Source of the DNA: Candidatus Nomurabacteria bacterium
GTDB taxonomy: Bacteria > Patescibacteriota > Minisyncoccia > Phycocordibacterales > UBA9973
NCBI GenBank assembly: GCA_052035405.1
Contig: JBPOHQ010000004.1
Coordinates: 70,687-134,686 of the forward strand
Reading direction: 5' to 3'
DNA length: 64,000 nucleotides
In this document: positions 36,821 through 44,775 of the stretch, piece after piece
How positions within the stretch are numbered: the stretch's first letter is position 1
Layout of the letters: each line of letters starts with the position of its first letter
Made by a program: the position numbers and the translations under genes
Notes under the pieces: model-generated
Told to the model about the DNA's origin: nothing
The model's database searches: none
The model's input: only the letters and a program-made list of their open reading frames with translations

Positions 36821-37759
36821 CTAAAACAATGTTGCATCGCACTTCGCCTGTAAAGCGGTAATGTCATCAACTGTGAGCTCTAACCGATCTCCACTATTCA
36901 ACCGATACATAATTGCTTCTGGATTTTCTACGTGGTTCAGTCCCAATGCGTGACCAAGCTCATGAGTCAACACTCGTATCAACTTATCTTTACTTTCAAA
37001 TTGATAAATATCTATCTTTTGACCTTCAGGACCCGTGTGATAAATACCTTCATTAAATTCTTCCCCATTTTCTTTACTTATCTCGTTATATTTATTTACA
37101 TCGATATGAAGTGTTCGAGCAAGAGCGTTTAATTCTTCTGCTAAAGCATTCAGTTCTATCACTTGGGCATTTACAACATCTTGTTTTTTATTGATCTGAT
37201 CTGCTTCTTCTGTGAGATATGTCCTTTCTTGACTCAATCGAGCATATTCTTTCTGAGTTGCTCCACCGTGAGCATTCCAATATGAGACATCTTTTTCATA
37301 TGCACTCTTACGAGTTTCAAAAACAGCAACCCGCTGCTCATACTGGGCTTTAATTACCTTAAAAGTGGCTTGAGCGGCATCGTATTTTGATTTTAGAGTT
37401 TTATATGATGCTTCATTATTATCTAACACAGCGTCAATTTTCTGAAGTTTTTTTGTAGCTTCTTGTCTGTTGTCATAAATTAAATTTACCTTAAGACTTC
37501 CGTCATCTTCGTATTTAAATAAATCTTTACCACTTGGAGTCTCCCAGATCTTTTCTGCTTTTTGTAAAATTTCTTTAAATTCTTCTTTTGAAATATTAAA
37601 TTCAGTATCAAAGGTACCGATACTGTATGCAATGGGTGCAGTACATGGAAAATAATGATTCCTATTTTGTTCCCAAGCAGTACTTATTGGATCTTGAAAA
37701 TAAAAAATAAATCCACCTAAAACAGCTAAAGCAAATATGTTGTATAAAAAATTCTTCAC
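36821..37759 (-). CDS. membrane-anchored zinc metalloprotease, matrixin (M10)-like metzincin
   Basis: N-terminal TM, long coiled coil, C-terminal HELGHALGLNH zinc-binding consensus (HExxHxxGxxH). Confidence 0.65.
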   Translation of the reverse strand: MKNFLYNIFALAVLGGFIFYFQDPISTAWEQNRNHYFPCTAPIAYSIGTFDTEFNISKEEFKEILQKAEKIWETPSGKDLFKYEDDGSLKVNLIYDNRQEATKKLQKIDAVLDNNEASYKTLKSKYDAAQATFKVIKAQYEQRVAVFETRKSAYEKDVSYWNAHGGATQKEYARLSQERTYLTEEADQINKKQDVVNAQVIELNALAEELNALARTLHIDVNKYNEISKENGEEFNEGIYHTGPEGQKIDIYQFESKDKLIRVLTHELGHALGLNHVENPEAIMYRLNSGDRLELTVDDITALQAKCDATLF

Positions 37760-37828
37760 TTATAAATTATACCAGAATATGCATAATATTTTTGCAGTTT
37801 ATTTTAAAATACGATACGATTAAGACAT

Positions 37829-38254
37829 ATGTTTCTCTTCCGCAGGCATCCATCTTGGTTTATTGTCACCTCTAATGTATTTTTGTTGTTCCCTCTCTTT
37901 GTCGCTTTCTTTAAAAAAGAATGGGTATATTTCGGCATTACTCTTGGAATTTTTGTCGCTTCTATTGGATTCCATTATGGATATGAATTCCATAGGAAAA
38001 ACCCTTTGACTCAAAAATTTAGAATCCTAGACTGGCTTCTCGCAATGCTTGGAACATTGTATGTTTTTTATTTTATAACTCAATCTGATGCAAGGATGAG
38101 TATGAAAGTCCTTTTTGCTGCTCTGTTCATGATAACTCTCACTTTTTTCTGGTACAGCTATATTTTAAAAAATTATGAGGGATACAAAAAACTCCACCCT
38201 TGGTTTCATGTATTTTCCCCTATAGTTTTAGGATTTATTGTTTTGTTTTTGTAA
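37829..38254 (+). CDS. hypothetical membrane protein
   Basis: 141 aa, 4 TM helices. Confidence 0.4.
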   Translation: MFLFRRHPSWFIVTSNVFLLFPLFVAFFKKEWVYFGITLGIFVASIGFHYGYEFHRKNPLTQKFRILDWLLAMLGTLYVFYFITQSDARMSMKVLFAALFMITLTFFWYSYILKNYEGYKKLHPWFHVFSPIVLGFIVLFL

Positions 38255-38257
38255 AAC

Positions 38258-38848
38258 TTATTGCTCAATAACGACCTTTAATTTAGGCCATTTTTCTAAC
38301 CATTTTTTAGTTTTTACTCTGTCCCAAAAAAGATCAAGATTTTTATATTGTGGAGCGGTGGGTCTGATGATTAAATTCACTAAGTCGTCTATACCGTGGG
38401 GAGCTATTATCCTCGGTTCACCATTTTCAAGAGTTACGGCCACACACGTCGGCGTCTCTACCCATTCAGAAAGTCCTTCTTCTGCATTTCGGTAATGCTC
38501 CGTCCTGTCATGCTTAGTATGCATATATGCTTGATTTCTTATCTCCCATTCGAGCCCCAGGAGCCCGGACATCTTTTCTGAAAGCTTTTTATCTGCCTCT
38601 TTATCAGGATTATTCATATCAAAATATATTAAATCGATATCTCTCGTATCAGCAACTTCCCTTTTTATATCATGAAGATGATCCCAAACTTTATTCCTCA
38701 AAAATCCTGCACCAATCATCCAATCAGGCAAGTTTAACTTCTCCGCTTCATGAAGCACGTCCATCATCCATTTATCACTTTTTACTAAGTTTATTATTTC
38801 TTCTGTTTTCATTGGTGTGTTTAAATTAGTCTTCCCAAACCTCCACAA
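38258..38848 (-). CDS. nucleotidyltransferase-fold protein (pol-beta superfamily)
   Basis: GAGF...DIDL(IYFD) arrangement matching the GS...DxD nucleotidyltransferase signature; 196 aa; overlaps queD by 23 nt. Confidence 0.5.
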   Translation of the reverse strand: MWRFGKTNLNTPMKTEEIINLVKSDKWMMDVLHEAEKLNLPDWMIGAGFLRNKVWDHLHDIKREVADTRDIDLIYFDMNNPDKEADKKLSEKMSGLLGLEWEIRNQAYMHTKHDRTEHYRNAEEGLSEWVETPTCVAVTLENGEPRIIAPHGIDDLVNLIIRPTAPQYKNLDLFWDRVKTKKWLEKWPKLKVVIEQ

Positions 38849-39191
38849 AAGATTTTGCTGTTTCGTGAAGTTTTATTTTTACAACATTAACACCCTTTGT
38901 CTTAATCCTATTAAAGCACTCAGTTGCTAGATTTTCTGCTGTTGTAGTAAAAGGTAGAATATCATTCAGATATTGATGATCCCATTGAGAAATAATCTCA
39001 CTTTCAACAATTTTTGACAGATCTGAAAAATCCATAACCATACCCTCTTTGCTACCGCTTTCAATTATTTTACCTGAAACAGTCACCTCGAGCACGTATG
39101 AATGACCATGTAAATTTTTACACTTTCCATCATGATTCGGCAAACTATGAGCTGCTTCAAATTTAAATTGTTTTGTAATCGAGGTATTCAT
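38826..39191 (-). CDS. queD: 6-carboxy-5,6,7,8-tetrahydropterin synthase / 6-pyruvoyl-tetrahydropterin synthase family
   Basis: 121 aa; catalytic Cys-x3-HGH (CKNLHGHSY) and C-terminal His/Glu. Confidence 0.8.
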   Translation of the reverse strand: MNTSITKQFKFEAAHSLPNHDGKCKNLHGHSYVLEVTVSGKIIESGSKEGMVMDFSDLSKIVESEIISQWDHQYLNDILPFTTTAENLATECFNRIKTKGVNVVKIKLHETAKSFVEVWED

Positions 39192-39234
39192 AAGTTAAAT
39201 ATACTATTAGTGTTAGTTTATTGCTAGTGACATT

Positions 39235-39293
39235 CTTCACAAAAACGCAAAAGACTGGAGCAGTCCAGTCTTTTCTTTATAAGCGTTTTTATG
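39235..39293. terminator. ~58-nt nested-palindrome terminator module, copy A (AAAAACGC-AAAAGACTGGAGCAGTCCAGTCTTTT-CTTTATAA-GCGTTTTT)
   Basis: Near-identical (one extra A) to 42478-42540; inner 10-bp stem followed by T-run, outer 8-bp inverted repeat. Confidence 0.65.
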
Positions 39294-39381
39294 AGCGTTC
39301 AGCAGATAGAACCAAACAATTCGTTACCCTGTAAGGCTATTTTAGCTAGTTTTAGATAATTTTATCGACCCTTCTCGAGCG
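39291..39381 (+). ncRNA. element X copy 2
   Basis: TGAGCGTTCAGCAGATAGAAC...TTACCCTGTAAGG...CGACCCTTCTCGAGCG; same spacing as copies 1 and 3. Confidence 0.55.
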
Positions 39382-39409
39382 ATTGTTAAAAATACTAAAT
39401 TTCTGATGA

Positions 39410-40303
39410 CTATGTTTTGATAATTGTACCAATAAATGAACTTTCTGTATCGAATGATTTGTGAGTATATTGAGCGAGTTCAGACTCAAGTGATTCCTTG
39501 GTGTATCGTAATGACTGAAACACAATCAATTTGTCACCCGACGTAATACCAATGCTTTCTAGTGCTGAATTGGTATTAATCACTAAACATGACACTCGAA
39601 ATCCGTCGTCTGCAATTCTTGGTGAGATATCAGTGAATGGATCAAGTCCGATAAGTCGAACCTTGTCATCTACTAGTCGAACAGCATCTTCTTGATAAAC
39701 TTTTTGCAATTCAACCATATCTACACGATCACGCATCTGCGCATTTATAAACACAAAACCGTTTGTTCCCACAATGTCAGTAAGAAGCTTTAATATTTCT
39801 TGTGGTGCGTAATTTGAAAACGTAAGACCAAGAGAAACAAACCGAGGAACTGTGGATTCTCCAAGAACCTCAGGTAATTCTTCAAATGAGGCTTTCACTT
39901 TTCGTACAGGAATCCCTTGTGGTGTTGCGTGTGAATCTGCCATTTCAAGAAAGTGATCACTGATATCTACAGGAACATATATAAAAGATTTACCTTGTTT
40001 TTTAAGTTCATCAAACAGGAACTGCTCCTTGTGTTCTGTGCCTGGACCAAGATCAATGTATTCAAAATTATTTGGGAGTATATCTGCAATATTTTTTGCA
40101 ATTAGTTGTAGATATTCATGTTCTGGTTTTGTGACTAGTTTGAAATACGAAGTATCTTCTTCTTGTAACTGTTCGTAAACTGCATCGCCCGAACCAATGT
40201 AAATAAGAAGGGAATCCGAAAAATCCCAAATCCCATTATCTAGTTTCTTGAGAGATTTGAAGGCTCGATCCTTAAACCATTCTTGGTTGTATTTTCCATC
40301 CAT
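39410..40303 (-). CDS. SAM-dependent methyltransferase of the EgtD / Methyltransf_33 (histidine N-alpha-methyltransferase-like) family
   Basis: Collinear with EgtD: YIDLGPGTEHK (cf. ELGSGTSEK), YVPVDIS, SLGLTFSNY (cf. FLGSTIGNL); 297 aa. Confidence 0.55.
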   Translation of the reverse strand: MDGKYNQEWFKDRAFKSLKKLDNGIWDFSDSLLIYIGSGDAVYEQLQEEDTSYFKLVTKPEHEYLQLIAKNIADILPNNFEYIDLGPGTEHKEQFLFDELKKQGKSFIYVPVDISDHFLEMADSHATPQGIPVRKVKASFEELPEVLGESTVPRFVSLGLTFSNYAPQEILKLLTDIVGTNGFVFINAQMRDRVDMVELQKVYQEDAVRLVDDKVRLIGLDPFTDISPRIADDGFRVSCLVINTNSALESIGITSGDKLIVFQSLRYTKESLESELAQYTHKSFDTESSFIGTIIKT

Positions 40304-40316
40304 GTCTCAATTGTAT

Positions 40317-40347
40317 CACAAAAACAGCTCCCTTCGGAGCTGTTTTT
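40317..40347. terminator. rho-independent terminator (AAAAACAGCTCC-cttc-GGAGCTGTTTTT)
   Basis: Perfect 11-bp stem with flanking A/T runs between element X copy 3 and the methyltransferase start. Confidence 0.65.
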
Positions 40348-40372
40348 GTATGCTTCTCGTGCTAGCCCGAAA

Positions 40373-40463
40373 TGGTGAGCGTTCAGCAGATAGAACCTTT
40401 TGATTCATTGCCCAGTAAGGTCATTTACTACTTTTCATGATATCAGAACGACCCTTATTGTGC
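40373..40463 (+). ncRNA. element X copy 3
   Basis: GGTGAGCGTTCAGCAGATAGAAC...CATTGCCCAGTAAGG...ACGACCCTTATTGTGCG; preceded by an extra CTTCTCGTGC motif at 40351. Confidence 0.55.
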
Positions 40464-40478
40464 GACCTAGTAAAAAAG

Positions 40479-41516
40479 CTACGAAATTTCTTTTGCATGC
40501 TTCAGATATTCTAGGAAGGCAATCTTCATCTCCTTATTACTACCACTCTTGTTTATATCCGAACGGCTTCCTGACATAATTGTATTCACATCAGGCAGGT
40601 TCCAGGCTGTCTGGTCACTCAATATCCACCTATCATGGGTATCTCTAATAAGAGTGCTGTCGATTTTGAGCCATTCTAAACTAATACCCTTACTAGATAG
40701 CTCTTTTTTTAGATCCCGGTACTCCTTCAAGACCTTTGGAGTTATATGAACATCAAGCCCTAAGGAAAGAATTTTAATATCTTTGATTTTATTCGCATCA
40801 GCAGTCTCCCATATGTATTCAAGGCCAGCAGAAGTGAAATGCTTATCGAGCCAATAGATATTACCTTTACAGCCTGACAATACCCGTTTAAGCCACATCT
40901 TATTTCCATACGGACGTGTTGGATCAATAAATATACTTGATGGTATCTCCGTTTCTTCTGCTGTCTGATTGAAGAGAACTTGAATTGTCTTGAATTTCTT
41001 TGAATATGTAATCAAGCCGACCGAGTTCATCATCAACAGAAGATTTGTAAGAGGACTCTCATCCATATAACACCAGAAACCCCTACTCTTCAAAATCGAC
41101 AAGGCGTTCTCTTTTTTTGGATTTTTTACTCCGTAAAGCAACTGAAGTATTGCTTCACATGGAGGAAATTGGAGTAACCCTTTCTTGAGTGCTTCGTTAG
41201 CCCTATCTACCTCAGAACGAATATACCTACCGTGATAATAAGAAGTTCCAAGTTCAGTAAGACTGTCTGAGGTAATCTCCATAAATCCTAGTGACCTTAG
41301 AAAATCAATGTCATCGTTGGATCCATCGGAATCTTCATCTTCAGCAATCGCCTTCAATATTTTTTCGTAAGAACTCCAAGTTCTCTGAGGAAGAAGATGC
41401 TCTTCGTTGTTATTCTCCTGTAGATTCTGTGTCTCCATTTTCATTTGAACCATTGGTTTTAGAGTACTTGTCACTGAACCCCGTAACGGAAGAAATAAGT
41501 GCCTTGTAGTCATCAA
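40479..41516 (-). CDS. hypothetical protein (unknown family), gene A of an overlapping pair
   Basis: 345 aa, no recognisable catalytic signature; annotated start overlaps upstream gene by 107 nt (a later Met would cut this to ~29 nt). Confidence 0.5.
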   Translation of the reverse strand: MMTTRHLFLPLRGSVTSTLKPMVQMKMETQNLQENNNEEHLLPQRTWSSYEKILKAIAEDEDSDGSNDDIDFLRSLGFMEITSDSLTELGTSYYHGRYIRSEVDRANEALKKGLLQFPPCEAILQLLYGVKNPKKENALSILKSRGFWCYMDESPLTNLLLMMNSVGLITYSKKFKTIQVLFNQTAEETEIPSSIFIDPTRPYGNKMWLKRVLSGCKGNIYWLDKHFTSAGLEYIWETADANKIKDIKILSLGLDVHITPKVLKEYRDLKKELSSKGISLEWLKIDSTLIRDTHDRWILSDQTAWNLPDVNTIMSGSRSDINKSGSNKEMKIAFLEYLKHAKEIS

Positions 41517-42141
41517 GAAGACCTATATTCGTAAGAATATCTTTTGGAAGAATCAAACTGATACCACTTTTCCCAAATGGGATTACGGTGTGTTCTGAGT
41601 CTGTCGCAATAGTAGTTTTAGAACCTGGTCTGGTAATCTGCGCTTTTGCAACTGGCTTTCTTGTGGGTGTATTTGATGGAATTCTTGGAGTCTTTATCTG
41701 AGCGGAAACCTCTCGAAGACCTGCTTGTTCACAAAGATACACAAATGCTGGTACGGCACCCGTAGCAACTCGTGAACTTATCTTGTATACATGCATGAAA
41801 TCGTTATGCAGTTCATCCTTGCCCATGGTACATGCCTCAGGAACAACTTTGAGGAGGGCCTCATATGAGGTTTTTACCATCTCAACAAGTGCCTGTGCTT
41901 TTGCATCACCCTTATATCCCATTTTTGCCATCAAGGATGTACTATTGGAGTCGGCATCTATCAATCCAAGGAATCTCAAGGAGGCAACAGCCAAATTTGC
42001 ATCACTGCTGGAGAATGAGTGGGTAAGGAAATAATCAGGATTCAATGATGTCATACTTCTTGCACTTATCAGAGAAAGTACTTTCTCGAGTCTAGTAGCA
42101 CTCAAATACGCTGGTGACAATGGTCTTTTTTCTTCAGTCAT
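41410..42141 (-). CDS. hypothetical protein (unknown family), gene B of an overlapping pair
   Basis: 243 aa; structured N-terminal ~150 aa, Pro/Thr/Lys-rich linker, C-terminal ~60 aa; no known motif. Confidence 0.5.
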   Translation of the reverse strand: MTEEKRPLSPAYLSATRLEKVLSLISARSMTSLNPDYFLTHSFSSSDANLAVASLRFLGLIDADSNSTSLMAKMGYKGDAKAQALVEMVKTSYEALLKVVPEACTMGKDELHNDFMHVYKISSRVATGAVPAFVYLCEQAGLREVSAQIKTPRIPSNTPTRKPVAKAQITRPGSKTTIATDSEHTVIPFGKSGISLILPKDILTNIGLLDDYKALISSVTGFSDKYSKTNGSNENGDTESTGE

Positions 42142-42477
42142 AGTTTTATGTGAATTAATTTATAATGATATTATAAATCTATCATACCCATACAACTAAA
42201 TCAAGTTTTTATTAAAATAATAAAAGCCTTGTAGATAAGCATTTTTAGTGAGAAAATTTTTTATAATATAAAATTATCACTCAGTCAATATATAAATAAT
42301 GTCCATTAAACTCTAAATCCCATCTACTTGAAGCGTGTACTCAAATTAATTATAATATCCATTTTATTTAAACACTCGTGCGAGCTGTTGATGGTGAGCC
42401 ACAATAATTTGTTCGCCGTCGCTCACAAATTTTCCAGCCCCGGACTCAGCTGTTTTTCTTACTAGAAAAACATGCTT

Positions 42478-42540
42478 CCGTCTTCACAAAAACGCAAAAA
42501 GACTGGAGCAGTCCAGTCTTTTCTTTATAAGCGTTTTTGT
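42478..42540. terminator. ~58-nt nested-palindrome terminator module, copy B, abutting the tRNA-Glu(UUC) 3' end
   Basis: CGTCTTCACAAAAACGCAAAAAGACTGGAGCAGTCCAGTCTTTTCTTTATAAGCGTTTTTGTG; see copy A. Confidence 0.65.
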
Positions 42541-42611
42541 GACCCTACAGAGAATCGAACTCTGATTACCGCCTTGAAAAGGCGATGTCCTAACCGTTAG
42601 ACGATAGGGCC
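42540..42611 (-). tRNA. tRNA-Glu (anticodon UUC)
   Basis: Reverse complement GGCCCTA-TC-GTCTAACGGTTAGGAC-A-TCGCC-TTTTCAA-GGCGG-TAAT-CAGAG-TTCGATT-CTCTG-TAGGGTC-A; near-paralog of the Glu-CUC gene at 17786. Confidence 0.75.
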
Positions 42612-42758
42612 ATATGGGACATAATATAATATTTATGTTCTAATTGCAAAGGGTTTGATCTACAATATAACATTTTAACGTTTGCCTTTATATAAATAAA
42701 AAAGTAGGATACAAAAGAACAAAACCGAGCCTAGCGGTAAAACTAAGCATGATACAGT

Positions 42759-43289
42759 ATGAGACAGCTCTTTTTTATAGTCCTATTACTTGGGACTTCT
42801 AGATCATCACTCGCACAGCTGTCCCTAGAACAGATTGTGCACAACTACGAGACAGTACATGATACAATTCTTCCAGTATGTTTTTTGGAAAAAATTACAG
42901 GAATCTATAATTTTGTCGGAAGCCCTAAGATAGGCATAGACAGCAAAGGGTCAAGATTTTTCCCTGGAAAAATCTTCATTAGAGATAGTTCTGCTGTTTT
43001 TTCTCTTATAGAAGAAATGGCCCATGCATATCAATGGGAACAAAAAGGTGGTAAATTCAGAATGACTATAGCCCTAACAGGCTTGTCATTTAAAGCACTC
43101 TGGCGTACGGTCTTTTCTAAAAAACCAAAAAATTCTCGGAGTAAAAGAGGTACCGTTTGGCAACACTACACTGCATTCGCATACGAACCTATGCGAAGAA
43201 ATTTCTGGGCCTATGAATTTGAGGCTCATCATGTGATCTCTCCAGACATGCTTCAATATTTAAGTGAACCATGCGAGACAAAAAAATAA
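42759..43289 (+). CDS. hypothetical secreted protein
   Basis: 176 aa with N-terminal signal peptide (LFFIVLLLGTSRSSLA); no known domain. Confidence 0.45.
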   Translation: MRQLFFIVLLLGTSRSSLAQLSLEQIVHNYETVHDTILPVCFLEKITGIYNFVGSPKIGIDSKGSRFFPGKIFIRDSSAVFSLIEEMAHAYQWEQKGGKFRMTIALTGLSFKALWRTVFSKKPKNSRSKRGTVWQHYTAFAYEPMRRNFWAYEFEAHHVISPDMLQYLSEPCETKK

Positions 43290-43364
43290 TTATTTTATAA
43301 AAAGTAAACGCTTCTCTGCACAAAAATGCAGAGAAGCGTATTTTATTTATTTAATTTTAATAAC

Positions 43365-43925
43365 TTATTTTATCATTTCTACTAATGCCTCATAAGCTTC
43401 TGGGAGCTCGATAATACCCGCAGACCCGTTCAAGTGCCCACCGTTTGGGATTACAATAAGTTTTCCATTTGTCTCTCGTGCTATTTCTTCTCCGTCTGAA
43501 AGTGCCACATAAGGGTCATTGTCTCCATGTATCACAACTACATTTTTTATATTTTCTTTTATCTTTTCAAAGTCCGGTTCAACATTAAGAAAATTTAGAA
43601 TCTTTTCATTCTTTGTCTTATGACAAGGAGCAGAGACAAATATAGCACCCTTAATATTTTCATCATGATATCTTTCAAAATAACGAAGTAGTGTGGTTCC
43701 CCCTAAACTATGCCCTAATAAATATATTTCGTCATTTTTATTTCTATCTACTAGTCTTTTTATCTCTTCTAGCCACTCTTCGAGGATAGGCTCGCCAGGA
43801 GTTGGCATAGACAGTGAGCAAGCGTAGACATCAATCTTCCCTAGATCTGCCATGAGTTTTGTTCTCCATGCACCATTTGGAACACCTTCAAAACCATGTA
43901 TCAAGAATACTTTTTTATTTTCCAT
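43365..43925 (-). CDS. alpha/beta-hydrolase, YdeN/RBBP9-like serine hydrolase
   Basis: 186 aa; nucleophile elbow GHSLGG, C-terminal HGDNDPYV and GGHLN motifs typical of the Ser_hydrolase family. Confidence 0.6.
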   Translation of the reverse strand: MENKKVFLIHGFEGVPNGAWRTKLMADLGKIDVYACSLSMPTPGEPILEEWLEEIKRLVDRNKNDEIYLLGHSLGGTTLLRYFERYHDENIKGAIFVSAPCHKTKNEKILNFLNVEPDFEKIKENIKNVVVIHGDNDPYVALSDGEEIARETNGKLIVIPNGGHLNGSAGIIELPEAYEALVEMIK

Positions 43926-44006
43926 ATTTTAATTATAACATTTTCAGCTAAACTTTTAGAAAAATACACAGTTTTCTTTTTTTGTAAAAAGTAGTAAGTT
44001 TATAGT

Positions 44007-44768
44007 ATGGAAAAAGGAATGCACGATGTACAAATTATTATTTTAGCTGCTGGAAAAGGCAAAAGAATGGGAGGAGATGAACCAAAGGCTCTTGCGATGC
44101 TTCGCGAAAAACCTTTTCTAAAACATATCTTAGATACTGTTGAAATGCTCGACTTGCCAATCAAACCTGTTATTGTTATTGGACACAAAAAAGAACGGGT
44201 TAAAGAAGTGGTTGGACCTCATCACACATATGCAATTCAAGAAGAACAACTCGGCACAGGTCATGCTGTCGCGAGTGCAAAAGAAGTATTGCATCCTGAT
44301 TATAAAACACTGCTTGTACTTTCAGCTGATCAACCTCTCGTCTCAAAAGAAACTTTAGAAAACCTCATAAAAAAACACGAGGAAACAAGAGCGACTATCA
44401 CACTGGCTACAGTGGTACTACCTGACTTTGAAGATTGGCGAGAAGGACTTAAAAATTTCGGAAGAATTATTAGAAGCGAAAATGGTACTGTTGAAAAAAT
44501 TATTGAAAACAAAGATGCAACAGAAGAAGAAAAACAAATAAAAGAAGTCAACCCAGCACTATATGCATTCGACGCAGAGTGGCTCTGGAAAAACATTTCA
44601 AATATTAAAAATCAAAATGCACAAGGAGAATATTACCTAACTGACTTAATAAAAATGGCTTTTGAACAAGAGAGAACCGTGGCAGCGGTACCGGTCACAA
44701 ACATTTTAGAAGGATTGCAACCCAACACAAAAGAAGAACTTGAGACATTAGAAAAAATTACTATATAA
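44007..44768 (+). CDS. N-acetylglucosamine-1-phosphate uridyltransferase domain protein (GlmU N-terminal domain only, no acetyltransferase domain)
   Basis: LAAGKGKRM nucleotide loop, QLGTGHAV, ENKDATEEEKQIKEVNPA and NAQGEYYLTDLI match the GlmU uridyltransferase domain block for block; ORF ends at 253 aa. Confidence 0.75.
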   Translation: MEKGMHDVQIIILAAGKGKRMGGDEPKALAMLREKPFLKHILDTVEMLDLPIKPVIVIGHKKERVKEVVGPHHTYAIQEEQLGTGHAVASAKEVLHPDYKTLLVLSADQPLVSKETLENLIKKHEETRATITLATVVLPDFEDWREGLKNFGRIIRSENGTVEKIIENKDATEEEKQIKEVNPALYAFDAEWLWKNISNIKNQNAQGEYYLTDLIKMAFEQERTVAAVPVTNILEGLQPNTKEELETLEKITI

Positions 44769-44775
44769 TAAAGAT

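Noticed and set aside
36631-36870. 79-aa minus-strand ORF overlapping the start of the matrixin-like gene
   Set aside because: It overlaps the upstream gene by 50 nt, has no motif, and is probably non-coding 3' region. I could not support it as a gene.
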